From a virus (lineage: Duplodnaviria; Caudoviricetes), in the IMG/VR virus record IMGVR_UViG_3300024518_003391, positions 1 to 58,233 of that record: a stretch of DNA of 58,233 bases; one strand, 5' to 3'. Within the stretch, counting starts at the first letter, position 1; every line of letters starts with the position of its first letter. Made by a program: the position numbers and the translations under genes. Below the pieces are notes generated by a model. That model worked only from the letters and a program-made list of their open reading frames with translations, searched no databases and was not told the origin of the DNA. Below, piece by piece: positions 1 through 7,604 of the stretch.

Positions 1-135
1 GACGCTCCGCGCCGCACCGTCAATCGCGCCGTTTTGGCCGTAACCGCCAATATCGAAAAGGTTCGGGCCGCCGCCGGCCAGGTGCATCCAGTGACCGATA
101 ACTCCCCCATAACGCCGGTGTTGGCGGTACGGAAT
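1..135. repeat. Terminal direct repeat / circular assembly overlap (copy 1)
   Basis: 1-135 matches 58099-58233 except at position 9 (G) versus 58107 (A). Confidence 0.95.
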
Positions 136-180
136 AGCCGTTATTTCGCCGAACGATGGTTTTCGGTTGCGGAATATCAC
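1..180 (-). CDS. 5' part of the LamG-like virion protein, continuing across the circular junction into 57475-58233
   Basis: GTG at 180 overlaps the stop of the upstream gene and reads MIFRNRKPSFGEITAIPYRQHRRYGGVIGHWMHLAGGGPNL, in frame with the 57475..58185 ORF. Confidence 0.75.
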   Translation of the reverse strand, partial: MIFRNRKPSFGEITAIPYRQHRRYGGVIGHWMHLAGGGPNLFDIGGYGQNGAIDGAARSV

Positions 181-671
181 GTTTGCATCTCATACGGTAC
201 TGCCGTGAGTGAAAATCCGCTAACATTTGCGGACGCCTCAAAGTTGTCGGCCGTCCCGTTCCACGAAACCGGCATAAAATACCGGGCCGGGAGAAAGATC
301 CTGTCACTTTTAACGAATTCAACGGAAAGCGCGGCCTCGTCAACCTTGACGACAAGGATGGGGTTGCCGAGATTTAACAGCTTGTCCTCAGCGCTGACGG
401 CTATATCGCCGGTGCCGTCGTCGTTGTCCGGATGCGTGCCGTCGCTTGTTTTCGCATAGATTCTTACAGTCTCATCGACGACCGGCGTGGTCGCTGCCGT
501 GAACCAGAACCGTGCGACATATTCCAGAGCCCGTGCGGCGACGCCGAAGTCATGTATTGCGCCTTGACGACCCGTTCCTGCGGGAAGGTTGTTCAGCGTC
601 ATCGCGTACGTCCCGGCGGAATCGTGCCATGTAATCGCCGCCTCTTCGTTTATATATTGACGATTCGCCAT
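177..671 (-). CDS. Putative virion structural protein
   Basis: 164 aa, acidic and beta-rich; tightly coupled within the late operon. Confidence 0.6.
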   Translation of the reverse strand: MANRQYINEEAAITWHDSAGTYAMTLNNLPAGTGRQGAIHDFGVAARALEYVARFWFTAATTPVVDETVRIYAKTSDGTHPDNDDGTGDIAVSAEDKLLNLGNPILVVKVDEAALSVEFVKSDRIFLPARYFMPVSWNGTADNFEASANVSGFSLTAVPYEMQT

Positions 672-673
672 AT

Positions 674-988
674 TTACACGCTGGTATCAACGCCGGCCAG
701 AAAGTTAACGAGCCCGTTGACGGTAAACTGTAAATCGTTGTCTGTCACAGCCTCACCCGCAGCGTTAACCGTCGCGTTTTGAAGAACGATCCAAATGGCG
801 CGGTCGGCTTCCGCGATAGGAGCAGTGTTACTGGACAGGACGGATACCGCCCAGACGAACCGTTCCGCATGATTAGCCGTCACAGCCCCCTCGTTGCGTA
901 CGTCTTCGGCTGCGTCGGCAATCGCGGCGGCGATCCGCTCCCTGAGTGAGACGCTTCGTGTTAAGTCGTATGTGGCTTGTAGTGCCAT
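674..988 (-). CDS. Hypothetical protein, probably virion-associated; first gene after the putative late promoter
   Basis: 104 aa, GAGG RBS upstream, 2-bp gap to the next gene. Confidence 0.65.
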   Translation of the reverse strand: MALQATYDLTRSVSLRERIAAAIADAAEDVRNEGAVTANHAERFVWAVSVLSSNTAPIAEADRAIWIVLQNATVNAAGEAVTDNDLQFTVNGLVNFLAGVDTSV

Positions 989-1008
989 ATCATACCTCTA
1001 AACAAAGG

Positions 1009-1056
1009 AAAGCCCGCTCTTGACCCATTCGCCCATGGGAGTTAAGAGCGGGCTTT
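1009..1056 (-). terminator. Intrinsic terminator in the late leader
   Basis: 13-bp perfect inverted repeat AAAGCCCGCTCTT/AAGAGCGGGCTTT, followed on the minus strand by CCTTTGTTT. Confidence 0.75.
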
Positions 1057-1096
1057 GGTCTCTGATCTAAGATAATCGAGTCTTACGGTCGCTACA

Positions 1097-1125
1097 TATA
1101 TACACTATGCTCGACGGGCTGTCAA
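1097..1125 (-). promoter_or_regulatory. sigma70-type promoter (putative late promoter)
   Basis: Minus strand TTGACA-17 nt-TATATA. Confidence 0.65.
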
Positions 1126-1283
1126 GTGTTTTGTTGCTTTTTGTCGGCCTTTTTGTCTTTCTTGTCTTTCTTGGCTTGTTTTACTCTGAGGCTGTTCTCA
1201 ATAGCTTTGCGCCTTTGCGCGCGTCCACTGTTTCGCTTCAGCGCGTCCACGACTGTTGGGAATTTCCGCTGTCCGACTGACAT
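1122..1283 (-). CDS. Small Arg/Lys-rich protein (53 aa), not in the ORF track
   Basis: GAGGA RBS, then MSVGQRKFPTVVDALKRNSGRAQRRKAIENSLRVKQAKKDKKDKKADKKQQNT. Confidence 0.6.
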   Translation of the reverse strand: MSVGQRKFPTVVDALKRNSGRAQRRKAIENSLRVKQAKKDKKDKKADKKQQNT

Positions 1284-1311
1284 AGTTAGGGTCCTCGCAA
1301 CTTCAGTTAGT

Positions 1312-1356
1312 AAAAGGACAGCGGGAACGGCGATAGGGGGCGCCGCCCCCGCTGTC
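1312..1356 (-). terminator. Probable intrinsic terminator
   Basis: GACAGCGGGGGCGGCG...CGCCGTTCCCGCTGTC stem followed by CTTTT on the minus strand. Confidence 0.6.
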
Positions 1357-1503
1357 TGGAAACGTTAATGGTTGCCCATCCCAGATGATGAGCGTGGATC
1401 CAGTGCACAACGCACTGGTTGGTAGGCGCATCGCGGCTTTATTAAGCCGGTCAACGCCACAAGGTTGGCACGGTTTTAGCGGCTCGCGTCCGGCATGTAC
1501 GCA

Positions 1504-1740
1504 TCACAGAGCATCGCCCCCTTGCCATCCCCAGCCACTGATTCGACTCAGGACGTCAAGGGGATTTCCACGAAACAGCGTGCCCCCGCTGAGATTCGCC
1601 CGTGTGAGATCTGATCTTGTCAGGTTTGCCCCGCTGAGGTCTATCTGACATGTATCGTGATCTTCCCGATATCGGTTAAACTCCTCAACCTTCCCGGCTT
1701 TCAGGAGTTCAATCAGTTGCTTTTTACTCAGTTTCGTCAT
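1504..1740 (-). pseudogene. Truncated paralog of the pentapeptide repeat protein
   Basis: MTKLSKKQLIELLKAGKVEEFNRYR is near-identical to the N-terminus of 1764..2537; only about 4 pentapeptides follow, then unrelated sequence. Confidence 0.65.
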
Positions 1741-1763
1741 GGTCGATTCCTTTCGAGCGATTG

Positions 1764-2537
1764 TCAGCTGTTTTCGTTCACGCTGAAGGTCCTTTTTATG
1801 TAACAGATAATTGCTCCAGAAACGCCGCACCCTTGGAGGAAGGCGTGCGGGATCTCTCCGCAGGATTGTTCGATAGTATCTATCCCGATTGTGCAGGCGC
1901 CACTATGTTCAACCGATCCTAAGCCCTTCACCGTTCTGAGATTAACCGAGGCGAAGACGGTACTTATTACCCGAGCGTTGTCGAGGTTCGCCCCGGCAAC
2001 CTCGGTCGTATGAAAGTATGCTTCTCGGAGATCGGCGTCTGTGAGGTCTGCGTCTGTGAGGTCTGCGCCTCTGAAGTTTGCTCTACTGAGGTTTGCCCTG
2101 TTGAGGTATGCCCCACTGAGGTCTGCGCCATATAGCCGTGCCCCACTGAGGTTTGCCTCACTGAGGTCTGCCCCACTGAGGTCTGCCTCACTGAGGTATG
2201 CCCCAATGAGGTCTGCCCCAATGAGGTCTGCCCAGTTCAGGCGTGCCCTAATGAGGTTTGCCCCAATGAGGCTTGCCCCAATGAGGCTTGCCCTAATAAG
2301 GTTTGCCCCACTGAGGCTTGCCCTAATAAGGTTCGCCTCGTTGAGGTCTGCCCCACTGAGGTTTGCCCCAATGAGGTTTGCCCTATTGAGGTTTGCCCTA
2401 TTGAGGTTTGCCTTAATAAGGTTTGCCCCACTGAGGTCTGTAAGCGCATAGTCAGTATCCTTCCGATACCGGTTAAACTCCTCAACCTTCCCGGCTTTCA
2501 GGAGTTCTATGAGTTGTTCTTTGGTCAGTTCATCCAT
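1764..2537 (-). CDS. Pentapeptide repeat protein
   Basis: About 30 A(D/N/S)Lxx repeats with 15-bp DNA periodicity; start at MDELTKEQ after a GGGAGAGG RBS. Confidence 0.95.
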   Translation of the reverse strand: MDELTKEQLIELLKAGKVEEFNRYRKDTDYALTDLSGANLIKANLNRANLNRANLIGANLSGADLNEANLIRASLSGANLIRASLIGASLIGANLIRARLNWADLIGADLIGAYLSEADLSGADLSEANLSGARLYGADLSGAYLNRANLSRANFRGADLTDADLTDADLREAYFHTTEVAGANLDNARVISTVFASVNLRTVKGLGSVEHSGACTIGIDTIEQSCGEIPHAFLQGCGVSGAIICYIKRTFSVNENS

Positions 2538-2938
2538 AGTCGCCTCTCCCTGAAGGCATTCTCCTGTAGCGCGTATGACGCGCGCCCTGCTGACACTCGA
2601 CGACGCCACTGCATAAACTCCAAAGCGATCGCCATCTGCTGAATAATACTTTGGTGTTCCGAATATGGCATTATCGCCAACTCTTCGGCAATCTTACGGA
2701 GCCGTAAGTCGGTGATACGCATGCGCCCCCGGCCCAGCAACTTATCGCATGTTATATCCAGTGCATCAGCAAGTTGCTTCACCTTGTCGCTGTTTGGTCG
2801 CCTGCTGCCGGTTTCATAATACCAAATGCAGTTCTGTGACAGTCCGGCACGATCTGCTAATTCGGACTGTGTCATCCCCATGTTGGTACGATGCTCCTTC
2901 AGGCGTTGCCCGAATGATGAACCTATCGTCTTAGTCAT
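2525..2938 (-). CDS. XRE-family HTH transcriptional regulator
   Basis: FGQRLKEHR..GMTQSELADRAGLSQNCIWYYETGSRRP..LADAL. Confidence 0.92.
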   Translation of the reverse strand: MTKTIGSSFGQRLKEHRTNMGMTQSELADRAGLSQNCIWYYETGSRRPNSDKVKQLADALDITCDKLLGRGRMRITDLRLRKIAEELAIMPYSEHQSIIQQMAIALEFMQWRRRVSAGRASYALQENAFRERRLWMN

Positions 2939-3416
2939 GGATGTTGCCCCGTAACACGGTGTTAAACGCCTTGCCCGTATCCTCGACTTGACGATAGGTC
3001 ACACCGGCCGAGTCGTATAAACGTCTTGCGATAACGCTTTCACATTCATCGTATTTGTATAAATCAGCATAGATAACTTCGCGGATTCCAACTTGGATAA
3101 TCGCCTTCGCGCACTCATTGCACGTGAAAAACAGAACGTATATCCGGCAACCGTCAAGGTTGGCTTGGTTCGAGTTGAGTATCGCATTGAGTTCAGCGTG
3201 GATGACGGCCTCAGACTTCGCCGGGGAATCCCACGACCACTCCTCATCGGATACGCCTCGCGGGAATCCGTTATATCCGCAACCGACCCTGATATTATTC
3301 GCATCCACGATGACGGCGCCCACTTGGGTGCGAGGGTCTTTTGAGCGCTTCGCCATGACCCTTGCGCCCTCCATGAACGTCTCATCCCAAGATGCGACGC
3401 CTGTTCGCTTGCTCAT
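2931..3416 (-). CDS. dCMP deaminase
   Basis: RSKDPRTQVGAVIV, GYNGFPRG, HAELNAI and CNECAK zinc motifs; start at MSKRTG after GAGGAGG. Confidence 0.93.
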   Translation of the reverse strand: MSKRTGVASWDETFMEGARVMAKRSKDPRTQVGAVIVDANNIRVGCGYNGFPRGVSDEEWSWDSPAKSEAVIHAELNAILNSNQANLDGCRIYVLFFTCNECAKAIIQVGIREVIYADLYKYDECESVIARRLYDSAGVTYRQVEDTGKAFNTVLRGNIHD

Positions 3417-3677
3417 TTGGCCTCCTCTTCCTGAAATGACAACACCAGAGACTCGGGATAATCTCCCCGTAGTCATCAACCTGGCAGCCGTAACGTTCCT
3501 CCTTCTCGTCGCACTCACAGAGGCCCAGAAAGAGCGGCCCGGCAATCCGCACTTTGACCCGGCGGTGCGGTCAGGCTTGCGCATTAGGCGAGCGTGTTGT
3601 TGCGTGATGAGTTCCGGTACCGTCATGTGTTAGTCTCTAAGGGACGCGCGGCGCTAGTCGTTTCTCAGGTTAGCTTT

Positions 3678-4142
3678 TCATGCCGACCAATCCTCGGTCA
3701 GCTGTCGGGTGTGATAGTGAGTGAAGCCCTTCAGCAAGTGAAGAGATCCGCTGTAGTAGCCGTTACTACTGTTCCTAAAGGCAACCGTGCACCGTCCCTT
3801 GGGCGTTCGTATCTCATACCCATACACAATATCATGCTCTTGTCGGGTGCGGCCCGGCTGTAAGAACGCGTCCGGGATGGTTCCCTCTTTCAGCGCCTCA
3901 ACGCTCAACACCACTTGACCAAGCAGTGCAGGTAAGCCGATTATGTCGGCAAACCAGGACTCGGAGCATCAGTCGCCAACAGCCTTGTAAGCAATCGGCT
4001 TAGTAAGACGCGAACTAAGGCACCGGCACTCGAACACTAACAACTCTTCGCTTTCGGCAACCCAAACACTATCCACCTTCTCCCCTACCAACTCTTGCAT
4101 CGTCTCGCATACAGCCTCGGTATCAGGCTTGTTTATCATCAT
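3678..4142 (-). CDS. Conserved phage protein (recalled as DUF7448-like) with an in-frame UGA at 3969-3971
   Basis: The ORFs 3969..4271 and 3678..3914 share a frame and read YKAVGD*CSESWFADI...FRNSSNGYYSG; GGAGG RBS before the ATG at 4142. Confidence 0.7.
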
Positions 4143-4267
4143 GTCGATTCCTCCCTCTCCACTGCATGTGTTCCAATTAGCGCTGCCCCTCTCACCAGTC
4201 GCCGTCGCTGATTGAGACTCGCCGGCATGAGGGCGCAACCGGTTCGCGTTGTAGCTCGGCCTCATCC

Positions 4268-4552
4268 TCATACGTCCGTCGTCTCAATATGCCCCTCGAC
4301 TTCGATATACTCCGTTGCGGCGGCGCGGATATAATCGCCTTCGGTCATAGTATCATCGGAGGTCGCACAGCCGCATAGCCTACATACCCACGCAAGGATA
4401 TCAAACGAATCCGGCCCGCCCAGCCGCCAGTTAGTGTGAATCTCATCACAAAACCGACACTTCGCCTTATCGCCTTCTGCCATCGCAAGACCAGCGAGGG
4501 TGTCATCCGACCAAACGGATTCGGAGCCGGCTCGACTCAATAGCACGCTCAT
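4268..4552 (-). CDS. Hypothetical zinc-finger protein
   Basis: CRFC...CRLC pairs; overlaps the methylase stop codon. Confidence 0.55.
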   Translation of the reverse strand: MSVLLSRAGSESVWSDDTLAGLAMAEGDKAKCRFCDEIHTNWRLGGPDSFDILAWVCRLCGCATSDDTMTEGDYIRAAATEYIEVEGHIETTDV

Positions 4553-5559
4553 ACGACCGCCTCGATAAGCCGCTGTGCCATTAGCGGCGGAACAGAGTTG
4601 CCGATAATCCGCATCGATAGCGCAATATCCAGTTTCTTAGTGGCCGAGCGTGCCGGCCACTCATAATCATCAGGGAAGGTCTGCATCCGAGCAATGGCAG
4701 GGATCGTGACCTTTCGCACGTCGCCGGGGCCAAGTTCGCAGCGGATTGTTTGCCGGTCACAGGAGGCCGTCACTGCCCACAACGGCTGATAGCCGAAACG
4801 CACAGTGGGCGGCCGGTAGCCGCCGGGCGCAACTGGGTTCATATCCTTACCCTGCATCACATACGCTCGTGTCGGCGCTCTCAGTGCCTTACCGTCAACG
4901 ACGAACAAGCCCCGTTTCTTATTACGCGCCTGATCAACGGCGCCCTCTTGCCATTCGGCAAACTTGGACGGCGGGAGCCCGGGGATTAAATCCTCAATTG
5001 CTTCGTACCAGCCCAGCCGCCGCCATTTCGGGTAGAGCATCAGATCTCGCCTCCGTGTCGCAATCAAGAATAGCCGTTCTCGGCTCGATGCCACGCCGAA
5101 ATCAGCCGCGTTCAGAATCGGCGCGTCGATGAAATAACCCAGAGAGAGTAGACACTTCTGAATCTTCTTAAACGGCATAATCTCTCCGCTTTTTGGCTGA
5201 CTAGCGTATTCTCGAACATTTTCCAGGATAAATACGTCGGGTTTCAACGTCCGAAGAAAGAGGCCGATAGCGTCTCCGACCTGGTGGGCGTCGTCTCGAT
5301 TGGGCTTGCGGCCTTTATTTAGCTTGAATGCGCGAGAATAAGTCTGACACTCCGGAGACGCGAGAAGCACATCAACGGGTTCAAGCGACCGCGGATCCAC
5401 ATCGCGAATGTCCTTGACCGTGACATGATTGCCTAAGTTCGCAGAGTATACCGTCGCTGTCGCCGAATCGGATTCAACCGCCCAGGCCGGTGTTAGGCCG
5501 GCGGCGATGGCCCCTAAGCTGAATCCTCCGCCGCCGCAAAACAGATCTCCGAAAGTCAT
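4549..5559 (-). CDS. DNA (cytosine-5) methyltransferase
   Basis: DLFCGGGG (motif I), SPECQ (IV), ENV (VI), SRERLF (VIII), RMQTFPDDY, IGNSVPP (X). Confidence 0.95.
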   Translation of the reverse strand: MTFGDLFCGGGGFSLGAIAAGLTPAWAVESDSATATVYSANLGNHVTVKDIRDVDPRSLEPVDVLLASPECQTYSRAFKLNKGRKPNRDDAHQVGDAIGLFLRTLKPDVFILENVREYASQPKSGEIMPFKKIQKCLLSLGYFIDAPILNAADFGVASSRERLFLIATRRRDLMLYPKWRRLGWYEAIEDLIPGLPPSKFAEWQEGAVDQARNKKRGLFVVDGKALRAPTRAYVMQGKDMNPVAPGGYRPPTVRFGYQPLWAVTASCDRQTIRCELGPGDVRKVTIPAIARMQTFPDDYEWPARSATKKLDIALSMRIIGNSVPPLMAQRLIEAVV

Positions 5560-5837
5560 ATCCCGGCCTCCGCTAACGCGTCCGGCAGCCCAACACGCCC
5601 CGCCAGATCTTCGTATGTCGCAACACTTAGATTGCCGTAGCCGTCCCGTGCAAAGACTACCGACTTCGCAACCCTAAAATATAGAACCGACTTCGCCCGC
5701 CCCGCGACCTTGGCGCGGCGGCCTACTACGGTGTCGTTCCCGTCAATCGTGAACACATCACCGATACGGAGTGTGCGGCTGTATTGTAACGCGCGCCTAT
5801 AAACAGCCTCTTGTGTCGCTGTCATTGTTCGTCCCAT
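5556..5837 (-). CDS. Hypothetical protein
   Basis: ORF coupled to the methylase by an ATGA overlap. Confidence 0.55.
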   Translation of the reverse strand: MGRTMTATQEAVYRRALQYSRTLRIGDVFTIDGNDTVVGRRAKVAGRAKSVLYFRVAKSVVFARDGYGNLSVATYEDLAGRVGLPDALAEAGI

Positions 5838-6025
5838 ACCTTTCGCTAAAAGCCTTGCGAATATCCCACCGGCTTCGCAGGTTTGACTCCGGACAGACGG
5901 CCATTGTCGTCTTCTCCTTTCACAACCTCAACTCGGTTCAGCAACGGCGCGTCATCGCGTATCCGCCGTTCAGCCATCGCCCTGTCATCGCCCTGTCATC
6001 GCACGACTCCGGCGGTTAAGCGCGT

Positions 6026-6811
6026 TCACTCTACAACCCCCGCTTCATCGTTTAGATAACGCTCGTAAATGACCATCTCGTCGGCAAACTGCTTGACGAC
6101 CTGGCTGTCGTTGCGCTTGCCCTCAATCCGAGTCTTCCCTCGATTGAACGCCACCGCCGTTGACGCATACGAACTGTCGAAGCTGTTTATACCGATGTTT
6201 CTCAGTTCGCGGATCCATTCTTTCCGCCCTACGCCGAATGCATGTAGAGGGTGATGCGGCACGGCCTGTCTGACGAACCGGCAAACGTCATACAGGCCCT
6301 TCTTTGGAGAGCGCATGCAGACCGAACCGATGGCAATCCAAACGTCTGCCATATCGAACACCCCATAATTCCGATAGGCCTCAATACACTGCTGATACTC
6401 GCTCAACTCGTATCCCTGAATTACGAAGACTTTGACGCCGCACACGTTCGCGTTCATGAACGCCAGCGCGTTGCGTAGCGTCTTTCGGAGCGCATCCTGT
6501 GACTCAACGCCGTTCTTCGATAGCATGTGCGGCTCCATCGGCAAATCGAGCATGGACACGTAATCGGCGTCGAGGGCGTTGGCCGTCTGAATCACGTAGT
6601 CCTGGTTGTCCGCCCAAGAGATCTGTCCCTTCTTCCATGCGGAGATCATGCCTGAATCGATGAACAGTTCTTTCGCCAGGTGGATATGCCGTTTCATCCG
6701 GCCAAAGAATAGCTTGAGCCGCCATGCTGATGCGAGGATGCGGATCTGGTTCGGATAGTGTGTGAGGTGATCGGTCCGATCCGGCGTGCAGTGAAAGTAG
6801 TGGACGCTCAT
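6026..6811 (-). CDS. dpdA: DpdA-like / tRNA-guanine transglycosylase-fold protein (putative DNA 7-deazaguanine insertase)
   Basis: FIDSG, LDLPMEP, VIQG, IGSVCMR, LHAFG and SFDSS motifs in TGT order. Confidence 0.75.
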   Translation of the reverse strand: MSVHYFHCTPDRTDHLTHYPNQIRILASAWRLKLFFGRMKRHIHLAKELFIDSGMISAWKKGQISWADNQDYVIQTANALDADYVSMLDLPMEPHMLSKNGVESQDALRKTLRNALAFMNANVCGVKVFVIQGYELSEYQQCIEAYRNYGVFDMADVWIAIGSVCMRSPKKGLYDVCRFVRQAVPHHPLHAFGVGRKEWIRELRNIGINSFDSSYASTAVAFNRGKTRIEGKRNDSQVVKQFADEMVIYERYLNDEAGVVE

Positions 6812-7140
6812 GTCTGCGAATTCCGTATATTCAGCGCGTGGTTCATTCGCCCGCCCGATTCAACCGCTAGCAGGTAGGCGTTGTGCAGCCGCTCAACCAT
6901 CTCCCCAAGGCACATCTCGCAATCGCCGAAATCCCCTTCGACATCAATCACAGGCATCTTATGCAACATCTCGCGGACGTCCTGCACGTCGGCCGCCAGC
7001 CTTTCATAGTCGTCGTTCATGCTCTCTAAGCCCGCACGTTCTTCCAACAACAATCCATGAGCTAAAGTAAGCCTTTCGATCTCTGCCACTAACGCCTTCC
7101 TTATTACTTTCGATTCTTTCATCGTTATACATCTCCACAA
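6808..7140 (-). CDS. Hypothetical coiled-coil protein
   Basis: ATGA overlap with the dpdA-like gene; start uncertain. Confidence 0.55.
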   Translation of the reverse strand: MWRCITMKESKVIRKALVAEIERLTLAHGLLLEERAGLESMNDDYERLAADVQDVREMLHKMPVIDVEGDFGDCEMCLGEMVERLHNAYLLAVESGGRMNHALNIRNSQT

Positions 7141-7184
7141 CTGCTAAGTCTTCACTGTCGCCGATCAGGATAGCCAAAATCCGC

Positions 7185-7604
7185 TCATACGCTTTCCTTA
7201 ACCCGAACCCACGCGCCCGCTTCCCCCAGATTCAGCTCCAAATGACGCAAGAACGAAACGATCTGCTCTGCCCGTGATTCCTTCAGGCGACCACGCTTAC
7301 GATAGATTGCGAAGCCTTCGCCCTGACGCGACACCCGCACGGCATCCGAGAGCGCCGCCGGCTCTTTTGTGAGAAGCATTTGACGTAATTCCGCGAGGTC
7401 CTTCTCGTTCGATCTATAGGCTTTCACCAGCGCATTCCGTGCAGTTGCCGGCGACCCGTTGCGCCAGTACGTGGCAATCATGAAGACGATGAACGACTCG
7501 TCAACGCACGCTTCTCGACATCGATGAATGAGCGCTTCCCACTGGGAATCCCGGAGAACGTCCTTCAGGTCTGATCGCTGTGCTTGGCGTTGTTCAGGTG
7601 ACAT
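7185..7604 (-). CDS. Hypothetical protein
   Basis: 139 aa ORF coupled to the upstream gene. Confidence 0.6.
   Translation of the reverse strand: MSPEQRQAQRSDLKDVLRDSQWEALIHRCREACVDESFIVFMIATYWRNGSPATARNALVKAYRSNEKDLAELRQMLLTKEPAALSDAVRVSRQGEGFAIYRKRGRLKESRAEQIVSFLRHLELNLGEAGAWVRVKESV

Noticed and set aside
1317-1500. Group II intron 3' end or self-cleaving ribozyme
   Set aside because: No domain V, hammerhead core or twister consensus could be found
1990-2440. Regular 15-bp repeats as a CRISPR array or minisatellite
   Set aside because: They are the codons of the pentapeptide protein; there are no unique spacers and no cas genes. The SAPLR and QTSVG ORFs are shadows.
3417-3626. N-terminal extension of the dCMP deaminase
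   Set aside because: A strong RBS precedes the ATG at 3416 and family motifs begin there; the upstream frame looks like a decayed or unrelated sequence
4150-4265. SRP- or tRNA-like RNA upstream of the UGA-containing gene
   Set aside because: An imperfect long stem is possible, but no cloverleaf, T-loop or SRP consensus is present
5975-6002. CATCGCCCTGT 11-bp tandem repeat as a regulatory array
   Set aside because: Only about 2.5 copies with no other occurrence noticed; most likely replication slippage
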